Source: Endomicrobiia bacterium (lineage in GTDB: Bacteria; Elusimicrobiota; Endomicrobiia; DTEH01). From it: DNA of 64,000 nt. Below, in pieces: positions 19,840 to 28,463 of this stretch. Where the stretch lies: the NCBI GenBank assembly GCA_039630545.1, contig JBCNUU010000004.1:32001-96000 (forward strand). Reading direction: 5' to 3'. The notes beneath the pieces are model-generated. The model saw only the letters and a program-made list of their open reading frames with translations. It made no database searches and was not told the origin of the DNA. The stretch's first letter is position 1; every line of letters starts with the position of its first letter. Both the position numbers and the translations under genes were made by a program.

Positions 19840-21020
19840 ATATGTTTTTTAATCCACTCCGTTTTTTGTTGAGATAACTTAATTAAATCATTCCATGTTA
19901 AAATTTCTTTTTTAGTATTTACATCTATAGCAACGGTTCTTTCTGTACAACAATAACACGGATCTACAGAAGCTAAGGTAATGGCAGCATCAGAGATTGT
20001 TTGTCCTACAGCTGCAACTTTATTTGAAGCTATATTTACATAAGACGGAGCACGAATTTTATGTCTTACGGGTCTATTGGAACCATCTGACCTTATATAG
20101 TGGAAAACTTCTCCACGCGGAGCTTCGTGTCTGCCTATCCCTTCACCTGGTGGTATAAAGTCAACCTTAACTTCAATATTACCTTCTGGTTCTTTTTTTA
20201 ATTTATCTAAACATTGTTTTATTATTCTAATAGATTCATACATTTCAAGAATTCTAATTACTGCCTTGTCAAAAACATCTCCATTATACAACACAGGCAC
20301 ATTAAATTGAACCTCTCCATATGCTGCATAAGGATCGTCTCGCCTTACATCTATATCTATACCACTTGCACGGGCAGTTGGGCCTACAACACAGTATTTA
20401 ATAGCATCCTCTTTGGTAAGTACTCCAACACCCTTAAGGCGCGCATGAATTACAGGGTCATCCATTACAGCACCTTTAAACATATCAACTACAGGAACTA
20501 AATCATCACACATTTTCTCTATTTGTGGTATTATCTCTTTCGGTATATCTTTTCTTACACCTCCAACTTTAAACATAGAATAGTGTTGCCGATTACCAGA
20601 AATAACTTCTAATATATCACAAACATTCTCCCTATATTTCCACGACCACATCCAGATGGTGTTGTAACCAATAAAATGTCCTGCTAAACCAAGCCATAAT
20701 AAGTGTGAATGTAATCTTTCAAGTTCTCCTATTGTACTTCTTATATATTTTGCTCTGGTTGGAATATCAATACCAAGTAAATCCTCCACAGCATTAACAT
20801 ATGCAAAAGGATGACTTGTAGAACATATACCACAAATACGTTCAACTAAAAATGTAACTTGGTCATAATGTTTTGTAGTAGAAAGCTGTTCAACACCACG
20901 ATGGTTATAACCAATCTCAATTTCAATATCTACAACTTTTTCACCGTCAACATATAACTTGAAAAATTCAGGTTCTTCCTGTAGTGGATGGTAAGGACCT
21001 ATCGGTATTATTTTTTTCAT
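19836..21020 (-). CDS. Group 4 [NiFe]-hydrogenase large subunit (MbhL/EchE-like)
   Basis: GPYHP, GYNHRGVE, L1 motif ERICGICSTSH, EAPRGE, L2 motif DPCYCCTER followed by a C-terminal extension. Confidence 0.9.
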   Translation of the reverse strand: MKKIIPIGPYHPLQEEPEFFKLYVDGEKVVDIEIEIGYNHRGVEQLSTTKHYDQVTFLVERICGICSTSHPFAYVNAVEDLLGIDIPTRAKYIRSTIGELERLHSHLLWLGLAGHFIGYNTIWMWSWKYRENVCDILEVISGNRQHYSMFKVGGVRKDIPKEIIPQIEKMCDDLVPVVDMFKGAVMDDPVIHARLKGVGVLTKEDAIKYCVVGPTARASGIDIDVRRDDPYAAYGEVQFNVPVLYNGDVFDKAVIRILEMYESIRIIKQCLDKLKKEPEGNIEVKVDFIPPGEGIGRHEAPRGEVFHYIRSDGSNRPVRHKIRAPSYVNIASNKVAAVGQTISDAAITLASVDPCYCCTERTVAIDVNTKKEILTWNDLIKLSQQKTEWIKKHI

Positions 21021-21460
21021 ATAACATCCTCTCTTAGAGGATATTTACCCTCTGGCCAATCTTCAGGTAATAATAGATGCTTAAGATTAGGATGACCTAT
21101 GAAGTTTACTCCTACCATCTCCCATATTTCTCTTTCTATCCACTCAGCAGCAGAAAAAACTTTTGTTAAACTTTCTATTTCAGGTTGATTTTTATCAAGC
21201 TTTACTTTTAAAGACACTATCTCTCCTGTTTTGTCATAACTAAAGTGATAAAGTATTTCTATATTATTTTCACAATCTATCCCTGTTGCCGTAGAAAATC
21301 TAAAACCAAAGTCTTCAAATAAAACTTTAACACATTCTATAATATTCTGTTTATTGATTTCTATATAATACCTTTTGTCATTTTTCCTAAAAAAATCCAC
21401 AATTTTATCTTTAAGTTTATTTTTTACTTCATCAATTATTTTTTCTTTCATATTCATCAA
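21017..21460 (-). CDS. NuoC/MbhK-like subunit
   Basis: EILYHF, AEWIEREIWEMVGVNFIGHP, YPLR. Confidence 0.92.
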   Translation of the reverse strand: MMNMKEKIIDEVKNKLKDKIVDFFRKNDKRYYIEINKQNIIECVKVLFEDFGFRFSTATGIDCENNIEILYHFSYDKTGEIVSLKVKLDKNQPEIESLTKVFSAAEWIEREIWEMVGVNFIGHPNLKHLLLPEDWPEGKYPLREDVI

Positions 21461-21909
21461 AGATAAGTTGTTATTTTTTTTCTTAATGTATCAATTAACT
21501 TTACAATACCACCAATTATAGCTTCTGGTTTTGGTGGACATCCAGGAATATATGCTGAAACAGGGACAATCTCATCAACATTACATGGAGTATTAAAAGA
21601 ATCTTTAAAAACACCTCTACCGCACGCACAAGTTCCAACTGCTACCACAAAACAAGGTTTGGGTGTTTGTTCATATAAGTACTTTAATTTTTGCCAGTTT
21701 TTATAATTAGGCACGCCTGTAACCAGTAGTATATCGGCATGTCTAATAGAACCAACTAACTGAATACCAAATCTTTCTAAATCGTATCTGGGCGTTAATG
21801 TATCTAATATTTCTATATCACAATTGTTACATGGAGATAAAGGTAAATGAAAAACCCACAATGATTTTAAAAGAGACTTTTTAATCAAACCCATCTTTTT
21901 ATTCCACAA
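21457..21909 (-). CDS. Hydrogenase small subunit (MbhJ/NuoB-like)
   Basis: CNNCDIE (CxxC as in hydrogenases, not the CC of NuoB), RHADILLVTG, GTCA, IPGCPP. Confidence 0.92.
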   Translation of the reverse strand: MWNKKMGLIKKSLLKSLWVFHLPLSPCNNCDIEILDTLTPRYDLERFGIQLVGSIRHADILLVTGVPNYKNWQKLKYLYEQTPKPCFVVAVGTCACGRGVFKDSFNTPCNVDEIVPVSAYIPGCPPKPEAIIGGIVKLIDTLRKKITTYL

Positions 21910-21912
21910 GTT

Positions 21913-22824
21913 TTATTTAAAACTTATTTTAAAAATTAAAGAAAGAATTGAATTCAACAAACTAATAGGAAAAATCCAGAACCAGAAAAACTTTAAAACT
22001 TGATCAATTTTTAACCTGGGATTTGTATTTTTGATCATTATGATTATTATCAAAACTAATAAATATTCAATAAAAAACAATATTAAGTTTCTACCACCAT
22101 TAAAGTATAACAACACTAAAAACGCAGGCACAATTGATAACAAAATTTGTTTTGTTAACTTTATCAATCCTAATAACAAACCAGAATATTCTATTAAAAT
22201 ACCTCCTGCTAACTCAGTCTCTGCCTCTTGAGCATCAAATGGAACAAAATTTAACTTAGCATGTAATATAATTAATGTAATAAGAAACGATATAAAACTA
22301 AATACGGTTAGATAATTATTTTGCATTATATCTAACAATTTTATACTCTTAGATTGAATAATCGGCACTAACAAAGATGTAATAAATGGCAACTCATAAG
22401 ATAAAAGCATTTTCATTTCTCTTGCAACACCTACAGAAGCTATAGCATTACCAGAAGAAGAAGCTCCTAGTATTAACATTAAAGATGGTATAGTCATAAT
22501 ATATATCAAAACAATGATATCACCCACAAAACTTTTTTTAAAGAATATAACCAACCATAAAATTGTAGCAGATAATATTATACAAGCAAAGCTTATAAAT
22601 GGTGCTATCAAAAACATAAAATTTGCATTTTCAGGAATAGTAACTTCTTTTAATAAGAGTTTAAAAAAGTCATATAAATTCTGCATAATAGAAGGTCCTT
22701 TTCTATATTGCAGTCTCGCTGTAAGTTTTCTATCTATATATCCCACAAATATTGACAAAACAAAAGAAAAAAGAAATCCCGGAAAAACAATATAAAAAAA
22801 TAATGAATTTATTATTTCAGTCAT
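21913..22824 (-). CDS. NuoH/MbhM-like membrane subunit
   Basis: DRKLTARLQYRKGP, DFFKLLLKE, PFDAQEAETELAGG..EYSG, PRLKIDQ. Confidence 0.92.
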   Translation of the reverse strand: MTEIINSLFFYIVFPGFLFSFVLSIFVGYIDRKLTARLQYRKGPSIMQNLYDFFKLLLKEVTIPENANFMFLIAPFISFACIILSATILWLVIFFKKSFVGDIIVLIYIMTIPSLMLILGASSSGNAIASVGVAREMKMLLSYELPFITSLLVPIIQSKSIKLLDIMQNNYLTVFSFISFLITLIILHAKLNFVPFDAQEAETELAGGILIEYSGLLLGLIKLTKQILLSIVPAFLVLLYFNGGRNLILFFIEYLLVLIIIIMIKNTNPRLKIDQVLKFFWFWIFPISLLNSILSLIFKISFK

Positions 22825-22827
22825 GGG

Positions 22828-23343
22828 TTATTCATTAACTATCCATTTAATAACTTTAACAACAAGATTCTGGTTTATTTCATAGATATTTTCTTTTTCG
22901 TTTGGCAATATTTCTGTATATTTTATAGCCCCTTCAGGACAGGTAACACTGCACACTGGTGGATTTTCCTCAGAAGCTCTACTGAGACAGAAATCACATT
23001 GAGAACTCTTATATTCTAATACATCTTTATAAATTGTACCAAATGGACAAGCTACTAAACAACTTTTACACGATGTACATTTAAATAAACTTCTGTGTAA
23101 AATTCCATCTTTATCTTTAAACAAAGCTTCATTAGGACAACTGTTTATACAAAAAGCATCTTCACATTTTCTACAGATAAAATATTGCAAAATTTTTGAA
23201 AAAAATTTTTCAAATCCTCTATTTAACGATTTCTCTTTAGGAAGATCTCTATAAAAATGAGAATGTTTATAAAAATATGAACATTCAGCTTTACATTCTT
23301 TGCAACTATAACACTTTTCTATATCTACAAAAATTCTTTTCAT
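22828..23343 (-). CDS. 4Fe-4S dicluster electron-transfer protein (CooF/HycB-like)
   Basis: CYSCKECKAEC, CRKCEDAFCINSCP, CTSCKSCLVACPFG, CDFC...CSVTCPEGA. Confidence 0.85.
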   Translation of the reverse strand: MKRIFVDIEKCYSCKECKAECSYFYKHSHFYRDLPKEKSLNRGFEKFFSKILQYFICRKCEDAFCINSCPNEALFKDKDGILHRSLFKCTSCKSCLVACPFGTIYKDVLEYKSSQCDFCLSRASEENPPVCSVTCPEGAIKYTEILPNEKENIYEINQNLVVKVIKWIVNE

Positions 23344-23348
23344 TTTTA

Positions 23349-24170
23349 TTATTCAAATGGTTCAGGTATATCCTTAATTTGTTCCCAACTAAAAACAGGA
23401 CCATCTTTGCAAATAAAATAACTTCCAATCTGACAATGTCCACATTTTCCTAACCCGCAACTCATATTTCTTTCCATTGAGAGATATATTTGGTGAGGTT
23501 TAAATTTCATATCTATAAGTTTAAGAGTCGTAAATTTCATCATTACAGGAGGACCACATACTACAGCCACTGAGTTTCCAACATCTACTTTCACCTTATC
23601 TAAAAGACAGGTAACCACACCTACCGTCTCATTCCATTCACCAGGTTGACACTTATCCACTGAACGAAGAATCTCCAATCTTTCAATTTTGGACCATTCA
23701 GGAAAAAGATATTTATAAACAATATCTTGTGGAGTTCTTGCTCCATAACATAGTATTATTTTTTTAAATTCATTTATTCTTTCAAACAAAGTAAACAACA
23801 GAGATCTCAAAGGAGCAAGTCCAACACCACCACCTATTATCAATACTTCTTTACCTTTAAAACTATCCACAGGATATCCCTTCCCATAAGGACCTCTTAT
23901 TCCTACAATCTCACCTTCTTTCATAGAATGTAAAACTTCTGTCATTCTTCCAACACGCATAATTGTAACATCTATTGTCTCAGTTTTATAAGGAGAAGAA
24001 GAAGGAGTAAATGGCGCTTCTCCAACTCCATACACTGTAAGTTCTATAAATTGTCCTGTCTCAAATGAAAATTTATCACCATTTAATGGTTTAAGCGTAA
24101 AAGTTTTTATATTTGAAGTTTCCTGGATGATTTTAATAATTTTAAAATTTTTGGGTCGATATATATTCAT
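23349..24170 (-). CDS. FAD/NAD(P)-binding protein, sulfhydrogenase gamma (HydG)/AsrB family
   Basis: GQF, GVGEAPF, RGPYG, GGGVGLAPLRS, CGPPVMM, ERNMSCGLGKCGHC..CKDGP. Confidence 0.9.
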   Translation of the reverse strand: MNIYRPKNFKIIKIIQETSNIKTFTLKPLNGDKFSFETGQFIELTVYGVGEAPFTPSSSPYKTETIDVTIMRVGRMTEVLHSMKEGEIVGIRGPYGKGYPVDSFKGKEVLIIGGGVGLAPLRSLLFTLFERINEFKKIILCYGARTPQDIVYKYLFPEWSKIERLEILRSVDKCQPGEWNETVGVVTCLLDKVKVDVGNSVAVVCGPPVMMKFTTLKLIDMKFKPHQIYLSMERNMSCGLGKCGHCQIGSYFICKDGPVFSWEQIKDIPEPFE

Positions 24171-25216
24171 TGTTCAAACTTTAGAACTTTCTCACCTTTT
24201 GCTAAAACCAGATTTCTTATTACTTTTCTTATGTCAATTTTAGCAGGACACACTTCAATGCATCTGCCACATCCACTACATGCATACATTTTAAAGTTTT
24301 CATATCTATATACAAATTTGCACTGATATCTATTTCTAAACCTCTGGTATTTATATTTTCTAGGATTAGCCCCACCAGCTACACGAGCATAACCTGTAAA
24401 GTGACACACATCCCAGACTTTATCTCTATACTGGTTTACAACTGAAACAGATGCTTCTCTTATCAAAAAACAATAACAACTTGGACAGATAAAGTTGCAA
24501 CCTCCACACTGAACACATTTTTCTGATTCTTTTTTCCATGTATCTTTTATATCGTAGGTATTTTTAAGCGCAAGATAATATTTGGTTTTATTTTTTTCTT
24601 CTTTAATAAATTCTTTATTAAATTCTATTATTTTTCTTTCAGCTACTTTTCTTACACTGTCTCTTTTTAAAATTTCACTCTCAGTAGGTGGCTCAAATTC
24701 ACTAAAATTTTCTTTTAAAAATTTTTCTCCTTTTAGAGAAAATGCTTCTAATATTAAGTTATTTTCATCTACAAAAGAAATATTTATGTCACTACCATCT
24801 TCTTTTTCTACATATGGTTTTCCTCCGACTATGCTACAAAAACAACTCTCTTTAGGACTTACACAATCAGAACTAATGATGAATGTATTATCTTTGTAAG
24901 TTTTATACTGTTCGTCTATATAATCTTTTAAAAACATATTATCTAAAATCTTTAATGCTTTTAAATCACAAAATTTTACATCTATCAGTAATACATTTTC
25001 TACCTCAAAAGAAATATCTGATATGGGATCTTTTGGTTTAAAAAAGAAAATTTTAGGTGGTGTTAATGTTCTAATATTTAACAACGCTAAATTTTTTATC
25101 TCATCAGTATTTACTATCTTTTTATAAGTTTGATCAAAACAATGCTGAATTATCTTAAAATTAGATAATTTTGCAACAACTGATAAAAGGTCAGAATAAT
25201 TGACGCTTTTTTTCAT
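24167..25216 (-). CDS. 4Fe-4S protein, sulfhydrogenase beta (HydB)/AsrA family
   Basis: CDLKA, C..P..SCFC, CVQCGGCNFICPSCYCF, WDVC, CSGCGRCIEVCPAKID. Confidence 0.88.
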   Translation of the reverse strand: MKKSVNYSDLLSVVAKLSNFKIIQHCFDQTYKKIVNTDEIKNLALLNIRTLTPPKIFFFKPKDPISDISFEVENVLLIDVKFCDLKALKILDNMFLKDYIDEQYKTYKDNTFIISSDCVSPKESCFCSIVGGKPYVEKEDGSDINISFVDENNLILEAFSLKGEKFLKENFSEFEPPTESEILKRDSVRKVAERKIIEFNKEFIKEEKNKTKYYLALKNTYDIKDTWKKESEKCVQCGGCNFICPSCYCFLIREASVSVVNQYRDKVWDVCHFTGYARVAGGANPRKYKYQRFRNRYQCKFVYRYENFKMYACSGCGRCIEVCPAKIDIRKVIRNLVLAKGEKVLKFEQ

Positions 25217-25226
25217 AATTTTTATT

Positions 25227-25244
25227 TAGTGAAATTTTTCACAA
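25227..25244. promoter_or_regulatory. Rex-type operator upstream of the hydrogenase operon
   Basis: TAGTGAA-ATTT-TTCACAA, one mismatch to TTGTGAA-N4-TTCACAA, 10 bp from the start codon. Confidence 0.75.
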
Positions 25245-25260
25245 TTTATTTTTTAAAAAT

Positions 25261-25288
25261 AATATAAAATAAAAAATAATTTTTTCAA
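25261..25288 (-). promoter_or_regulatory. Predicted promoter of the hydrogenase operon
   Basis: TTGAAA-N16-TATATT on the minus strand; AT-rich context weakens the call. Confidence 0.4.
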
Positions 25289-25320
25289 GAATTTGATATA
25301 ATTATTATTCAATATTCAAT

Positions 25321-25746
25321 TTAAGACATCTCATTTATTTTCTGACATTTTATACAAAGATCTGTCCAGGGTAAAGCGTTTAATCTTTTTTTAGGAATTT
25401 TTTTTCCGCATTTGCTACAAAAACCATATTCGCCTTTTTCTATTTTTTCTAAAGCAATATTTATTAAATTTAAAAGATTTATCTGAGTGTCAGAAAGTTC
25501 TCTACGAACTTCTTTCCCTAAGTTATGCTCCGCAATATCTATTTCATCACCTATTTCTAATGGAAGTTCTATATTATTGTTTTTTTGTAATTTTAAAATT
25601 TCATTATATTTTTCCAAAAGTTTCTTTTTATAAAAATCTAAATCTTTTTTTGAAATTTTTAATTTTCTAGAAGAGGTTTCCTTAACTTCTTTTTTTCTTA
25701 ATTTTCTGAATTTATCTATTTTTTTTACAGTTTTTTTCTTTTTCAT
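25321..25746 (-). CDS. DksA/TraR C4 zinc-finger protein
   Basis: GDEIDIA (DxxDxA), YGFCSKCG, RLNALP, CIKC. Confidence 0.9.
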   Translation of the reverse strand: MKKKKTVKKIDKFRKLRKKEVKETSSRKLKISKKDLDFYKKKLLEKYNEILKLQKNNNIELPLEIGDEIDIAEHNLGKEVRRELSDTQINLLNLINIALEKIEKGEYGFCSKCGKKIPKKRLNALPWTDLCIKCQKINEMS

Positions 25747-25755
25747 AATATTAAA

Positions 25756-27210
25756 CTACCTTATCACCTTAATAGTTTTTAAATTTTCACTTTCCTGACC
25801 GCTAATTCTAACTGTATATGAAGATAACTCTTGAAGATATTCTACAGTATCTTTAGTTATTCTTTCTCCTGGAGTTAAGATAGGTAATCCTGGCGGATAC
25901 GGAGTCAAAGTTTGTGCTGAAATATAACCCACTGCTTTTTTTAAAGGAACTCTTTTCGTATTGGTGGAAAAGAATGCATCTCTAGGCAACATTACTACTT
26001 CTGTAGATAAAGGGGGAATCTGAAGCTTATGCATCTCAGCTTCTCCAGAATATTTTTTAGAAATATCCACAACTGCTTCTACTAATCTATCCATGTCTTC
26101 CTTAGAAGTTCCATATCCAGTAATAGCTACTAAATTAAACATATCAGCACAATCTACCTGTATTTTATATTCCTTAGCAAGAATTTCTTCTATTTTGTAT
26201 CCAGTAAGACCTGTCTTTGTTACATTTATTGTTAATTTTGTTAAATCTAAATCATAAAACTCTGATTTTATTTCTTTTCTCGTCAATGCAAATATATTAG
26301 GCAACTTATTAATTTCATCTCTTACTTTTTCGCAATATGAAATAATTTTACTAAAAACTTTATTCCCATTTTTAACAACCTGCATTCTTGCAGCATCTAT
26401 TGAAGCTAAAATAAAATAATTAGGACTTGTAGTCTGTAACATAGAGACCACCCTTTTTACTCTACTTATATCAATTTTAGAAGAATTAAAGTGTAAAACA
26501 GAAGCTTGACTTAAAGCTGAAAGTACTTTATGGATTGAGTGGACACACATATCCGCACCTACTTCTACAGCAGAAACAGGTAAATCCGGATGAAATTTCA
26601 AATGCGGACCATGTGCTTCATCAACTAATAAAATTTTGTTGTATTTTTTGCATACTTCTTGAATTTTTATTAGATTCGGACATATACCATTGTAATTCGG
26701 AGAAGTAACAAACACAGCTTTAGCTTCCGGGTAGTTGTTTATATATTCCTCTATCTCTCGGGAAGATACTTCATATATAATATCTCTCTGTTGGTCGACT
26801 ACAGGTTTTGCCCATATGGGCCAAACTCCAGCAAGAATTATTCCAGCTAAAACAGATTTATGACAGGTTCTTGATAGTATTACGGAATCACCAGGATCAC
26901 AAGCAGCTAATAACATCGCAATATTTCCTACTGTTGATCCATTTACTAAGAAAAAAGAACTTTTAACATTATATGCTTTAGCTGTAAGATCCTGTGCTAA
27001 CTTTATACAACTAACTGGATCATGTAAAGAATCAACTTCTGGAAATACTGTAACATCTAAATAATAAACATTCCGTTTTGTAAATTCTTTAAGTTTGGGT
27101 AGAATCCCAGCACCATTTTTGTGACCAGGCGTATGAAAAGATGTTATTTTATTTTTAGCATGATTAAGTAAAACATCTAAAAGAGGTGTTGAATTTTGTG
27201 TTATTTTCAT
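25756..27210 (-). CDS. PLP-dependent Orn/Lys/Arg decarboxylase, probably arginine decarboxylase (ATG at 27210 preferred over TTG at 27249)
   Basis: FHTPGHK, FLVNGST, DEAHG, HSIHK, TTSPNY, PYPPGLP; adjacent to polyamine genes. Confidence 0.85.
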   Translation of the reverse strand: MKITQNSTPLLDVLLNHAKNKITSFHTPGHKNGAGILPKLKEFTKRNVYYLDVTVFPEVDSLHDPVSCIKLAQDLTAKAYNVKSSFFLVNGSTVGNIAMLLAACDPGDSVILSRTCHKSVLAGIILAGVWPIWAKPVVDQQRDIIYEVSSREIEEYINNYPEAKAVFVTSPNYNGICPNLIKIQEVCKKYNKILLVDEAHGPHLKFHPDLPVSAVEVGADMCVHSIHKVLSALSQASVLHFNSSKIDISRVKRVVSMLQTTSPNYFILASIDAARMQVVKNGNKVFSKIISYCEKVRDEINKLPNIFALTRKEIKSEFYDLDLTKLTINVTKTGLTGYKIEEILAKEYKIQVDCADMFNLVAITGYGTSKEDMDRLVEAVVDISKKYSGEAEMHKLQIPPLSTEVVMLPRDAFFSTNTKRVPLKKAVGYISAQTLTPYPPGLPILTPGERITKDTVEYLQELSSYTVRISGQESENLKTIKVIR

Positions 27211-27220
27211 TTTTTGTTTA

Positions 27221-27249
27221 AGTTTATATTTTTTTCTTTTTTTTGTCAA
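27221..27249 (-). promoter_or_regulatory. Predicted promoter of the decarboxylase gene
   Basis: TTGACA-N17-TAAACT; the -10 box ends 10 nt before the ATG. Confidence 0.6.
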
Positions 27250-27314
27250 TATTTATAAATAAAAATTTTATGATGTTGATTTTTTTTTTATTATTTTATA
27301 ATGATAAAACCATT

Positions 27315-28424
27315 ATGAATATAAAAATAGAAACTCCATATTATTTTATTGACGAAAAAAAAATAGTTAGAAATCTAAAAAAATTATTTTGGCTTAAAGA
27401 AAAAACCGGTATTAAAATTGTCCTTGCTTTAAAGTGTTTCTCAACATGGAGTGTATTTGGACTGATGCGTGAATATTTAGATGGGACCACAAGTAGTTCT
27501 TTATATGAAACAAGATTAGGATATGAAAAGTTTGGAAAAGAAACTCATGCATATTGTGTTGGTTACACTTTAGAAGAAATAAAAGAAGTAAAAAAATATT
27601 CAAATATAATTATTTTTAATTCTATAAGTCAACTTAAAAGATTTTATAAAGAAGTAAAAGAGCTAAGTATTGGTATAAGAATAAATCCAAAAGTAAGTTA
27701 TTCACAATATGACTTAGCAGATCCTGCAAGAAAGTTTTCAAGATTAGGGGTGATAGATAAAAATGAAGTAAAAAAAGTTCTTAATTTAATTGATGGTGTT
27801 ATGTTCCATTTCAACTGTGAAAATGATAACTTTGAAAATTTTTCACAAAATCTAGATTATATCTCTGAAACATATAAAGAGATCTTGCCTAAACTCAAAT
27901 GGGTCAGTCTAGGAGGTGGAATTTATTTAACAAAAAAAGGTTATCCTCTTAATAAATTTGCTAAAAAAATAAAATCATTTAGTAAAAGATTTAAACTCCA
28001 AATCTACTTAGAACCAGGTGAGGCAGTAATTACTGAAACCGCAGAGTTAATTACAAAAGTAGTAGATATTGTACATAACGAAATTGATATAGCAATAGTA
28101 GACGCCTCTACCGAAGCTCATATGTTAGATTTACTTATTTACAGGACACCTGCAAAAATCAAATCATACCCTGAAGGAAAATATAAATACATGATTGCAG
28201 GAAGATCATGCTTGGCGGGAGATATTTTTGGAATATATAATTTTAGAAAAAGATTAAAAGTTGGAGACATTATACGAATTCAAGATGCTGCTGGATATAC
28301 AATGGTTAAAAAAAATTGGTTTAACGGTTTGCAAATGCCTTCTATTGTAGTAAAAAGATTAAATGGAAACATAGAAATAGTAAGAAAATTTACATACGAA
28401 GATTATTTGTATAGCTTATCTTAG
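27315..28424 (+). CDS. nspC: Carboxy(nor)spermidine decarboxylase (start at ATG 27315)
   Basis: TPYY, LALKCFS, TSSSLYE, DPARKFSRLG, MFHFNCE, SLGGG, EPGE, SCLAGD, YTMVKKNWFNG. Confidence 0.93.
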   Translation: MNIKIETPYYFIDEKKIVRNLKKLFWLKEKTGIKIVLALKCFSTWSVFGLMREYLDGTTSSSLYETRLGYEKFGKETHAYCVGYTLEEIKEVKKYSNIIIFNSISQLKRFYKEVKELSIGIRINPKVSYSQYDLADPARKFSRLGVIDKNEVKKVLNLIDGVMFHFNCENDNFENFSQNLDYISETYKEILPKLKWVSLGGGIYLTKKGYPLNKFAKKIKSFSKRFKLQIYLEPGEAVITETAELITKVVDIVHNEIDIAIVDASTEAHMLDLLIYRTPAKIKSYPEGKYKYMIAGRSCLAGDIFGIYNFRKRLKVGDIIRIQDAAGYTMVKKNWFNGLQMPSIVVKRLNGNIEIVRKFTYEDYLYSLS

Positions 28425-28463
28425 AGATTCTTTAACTTTTTAAGAAAGGAGGTGAAAGATAAC

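Noticed and set aside
11935..22824. Calling the operon respiratory complex I (nuo) or Mbx/Mbs
   Set aside because: The large subunit keeps both CxxC NiFe motifs, the small subunit has CxxC, nuoA/E/F/G are absent and Mrp subunits are present.
23349..25216. Anaerobic sulfite reductase AsrAB
   Set aside because: No siroheme AsrC subunit; the genes lead a hydrogenase operon.
27211..27314. Upstream TTG starts making the decarboxylase and nspC overlap (27249 and 27243)
   Set aside because: The extensions are low-complexity translations of promoter DNA; homology begins at ATG 27210 and ATG 27315.
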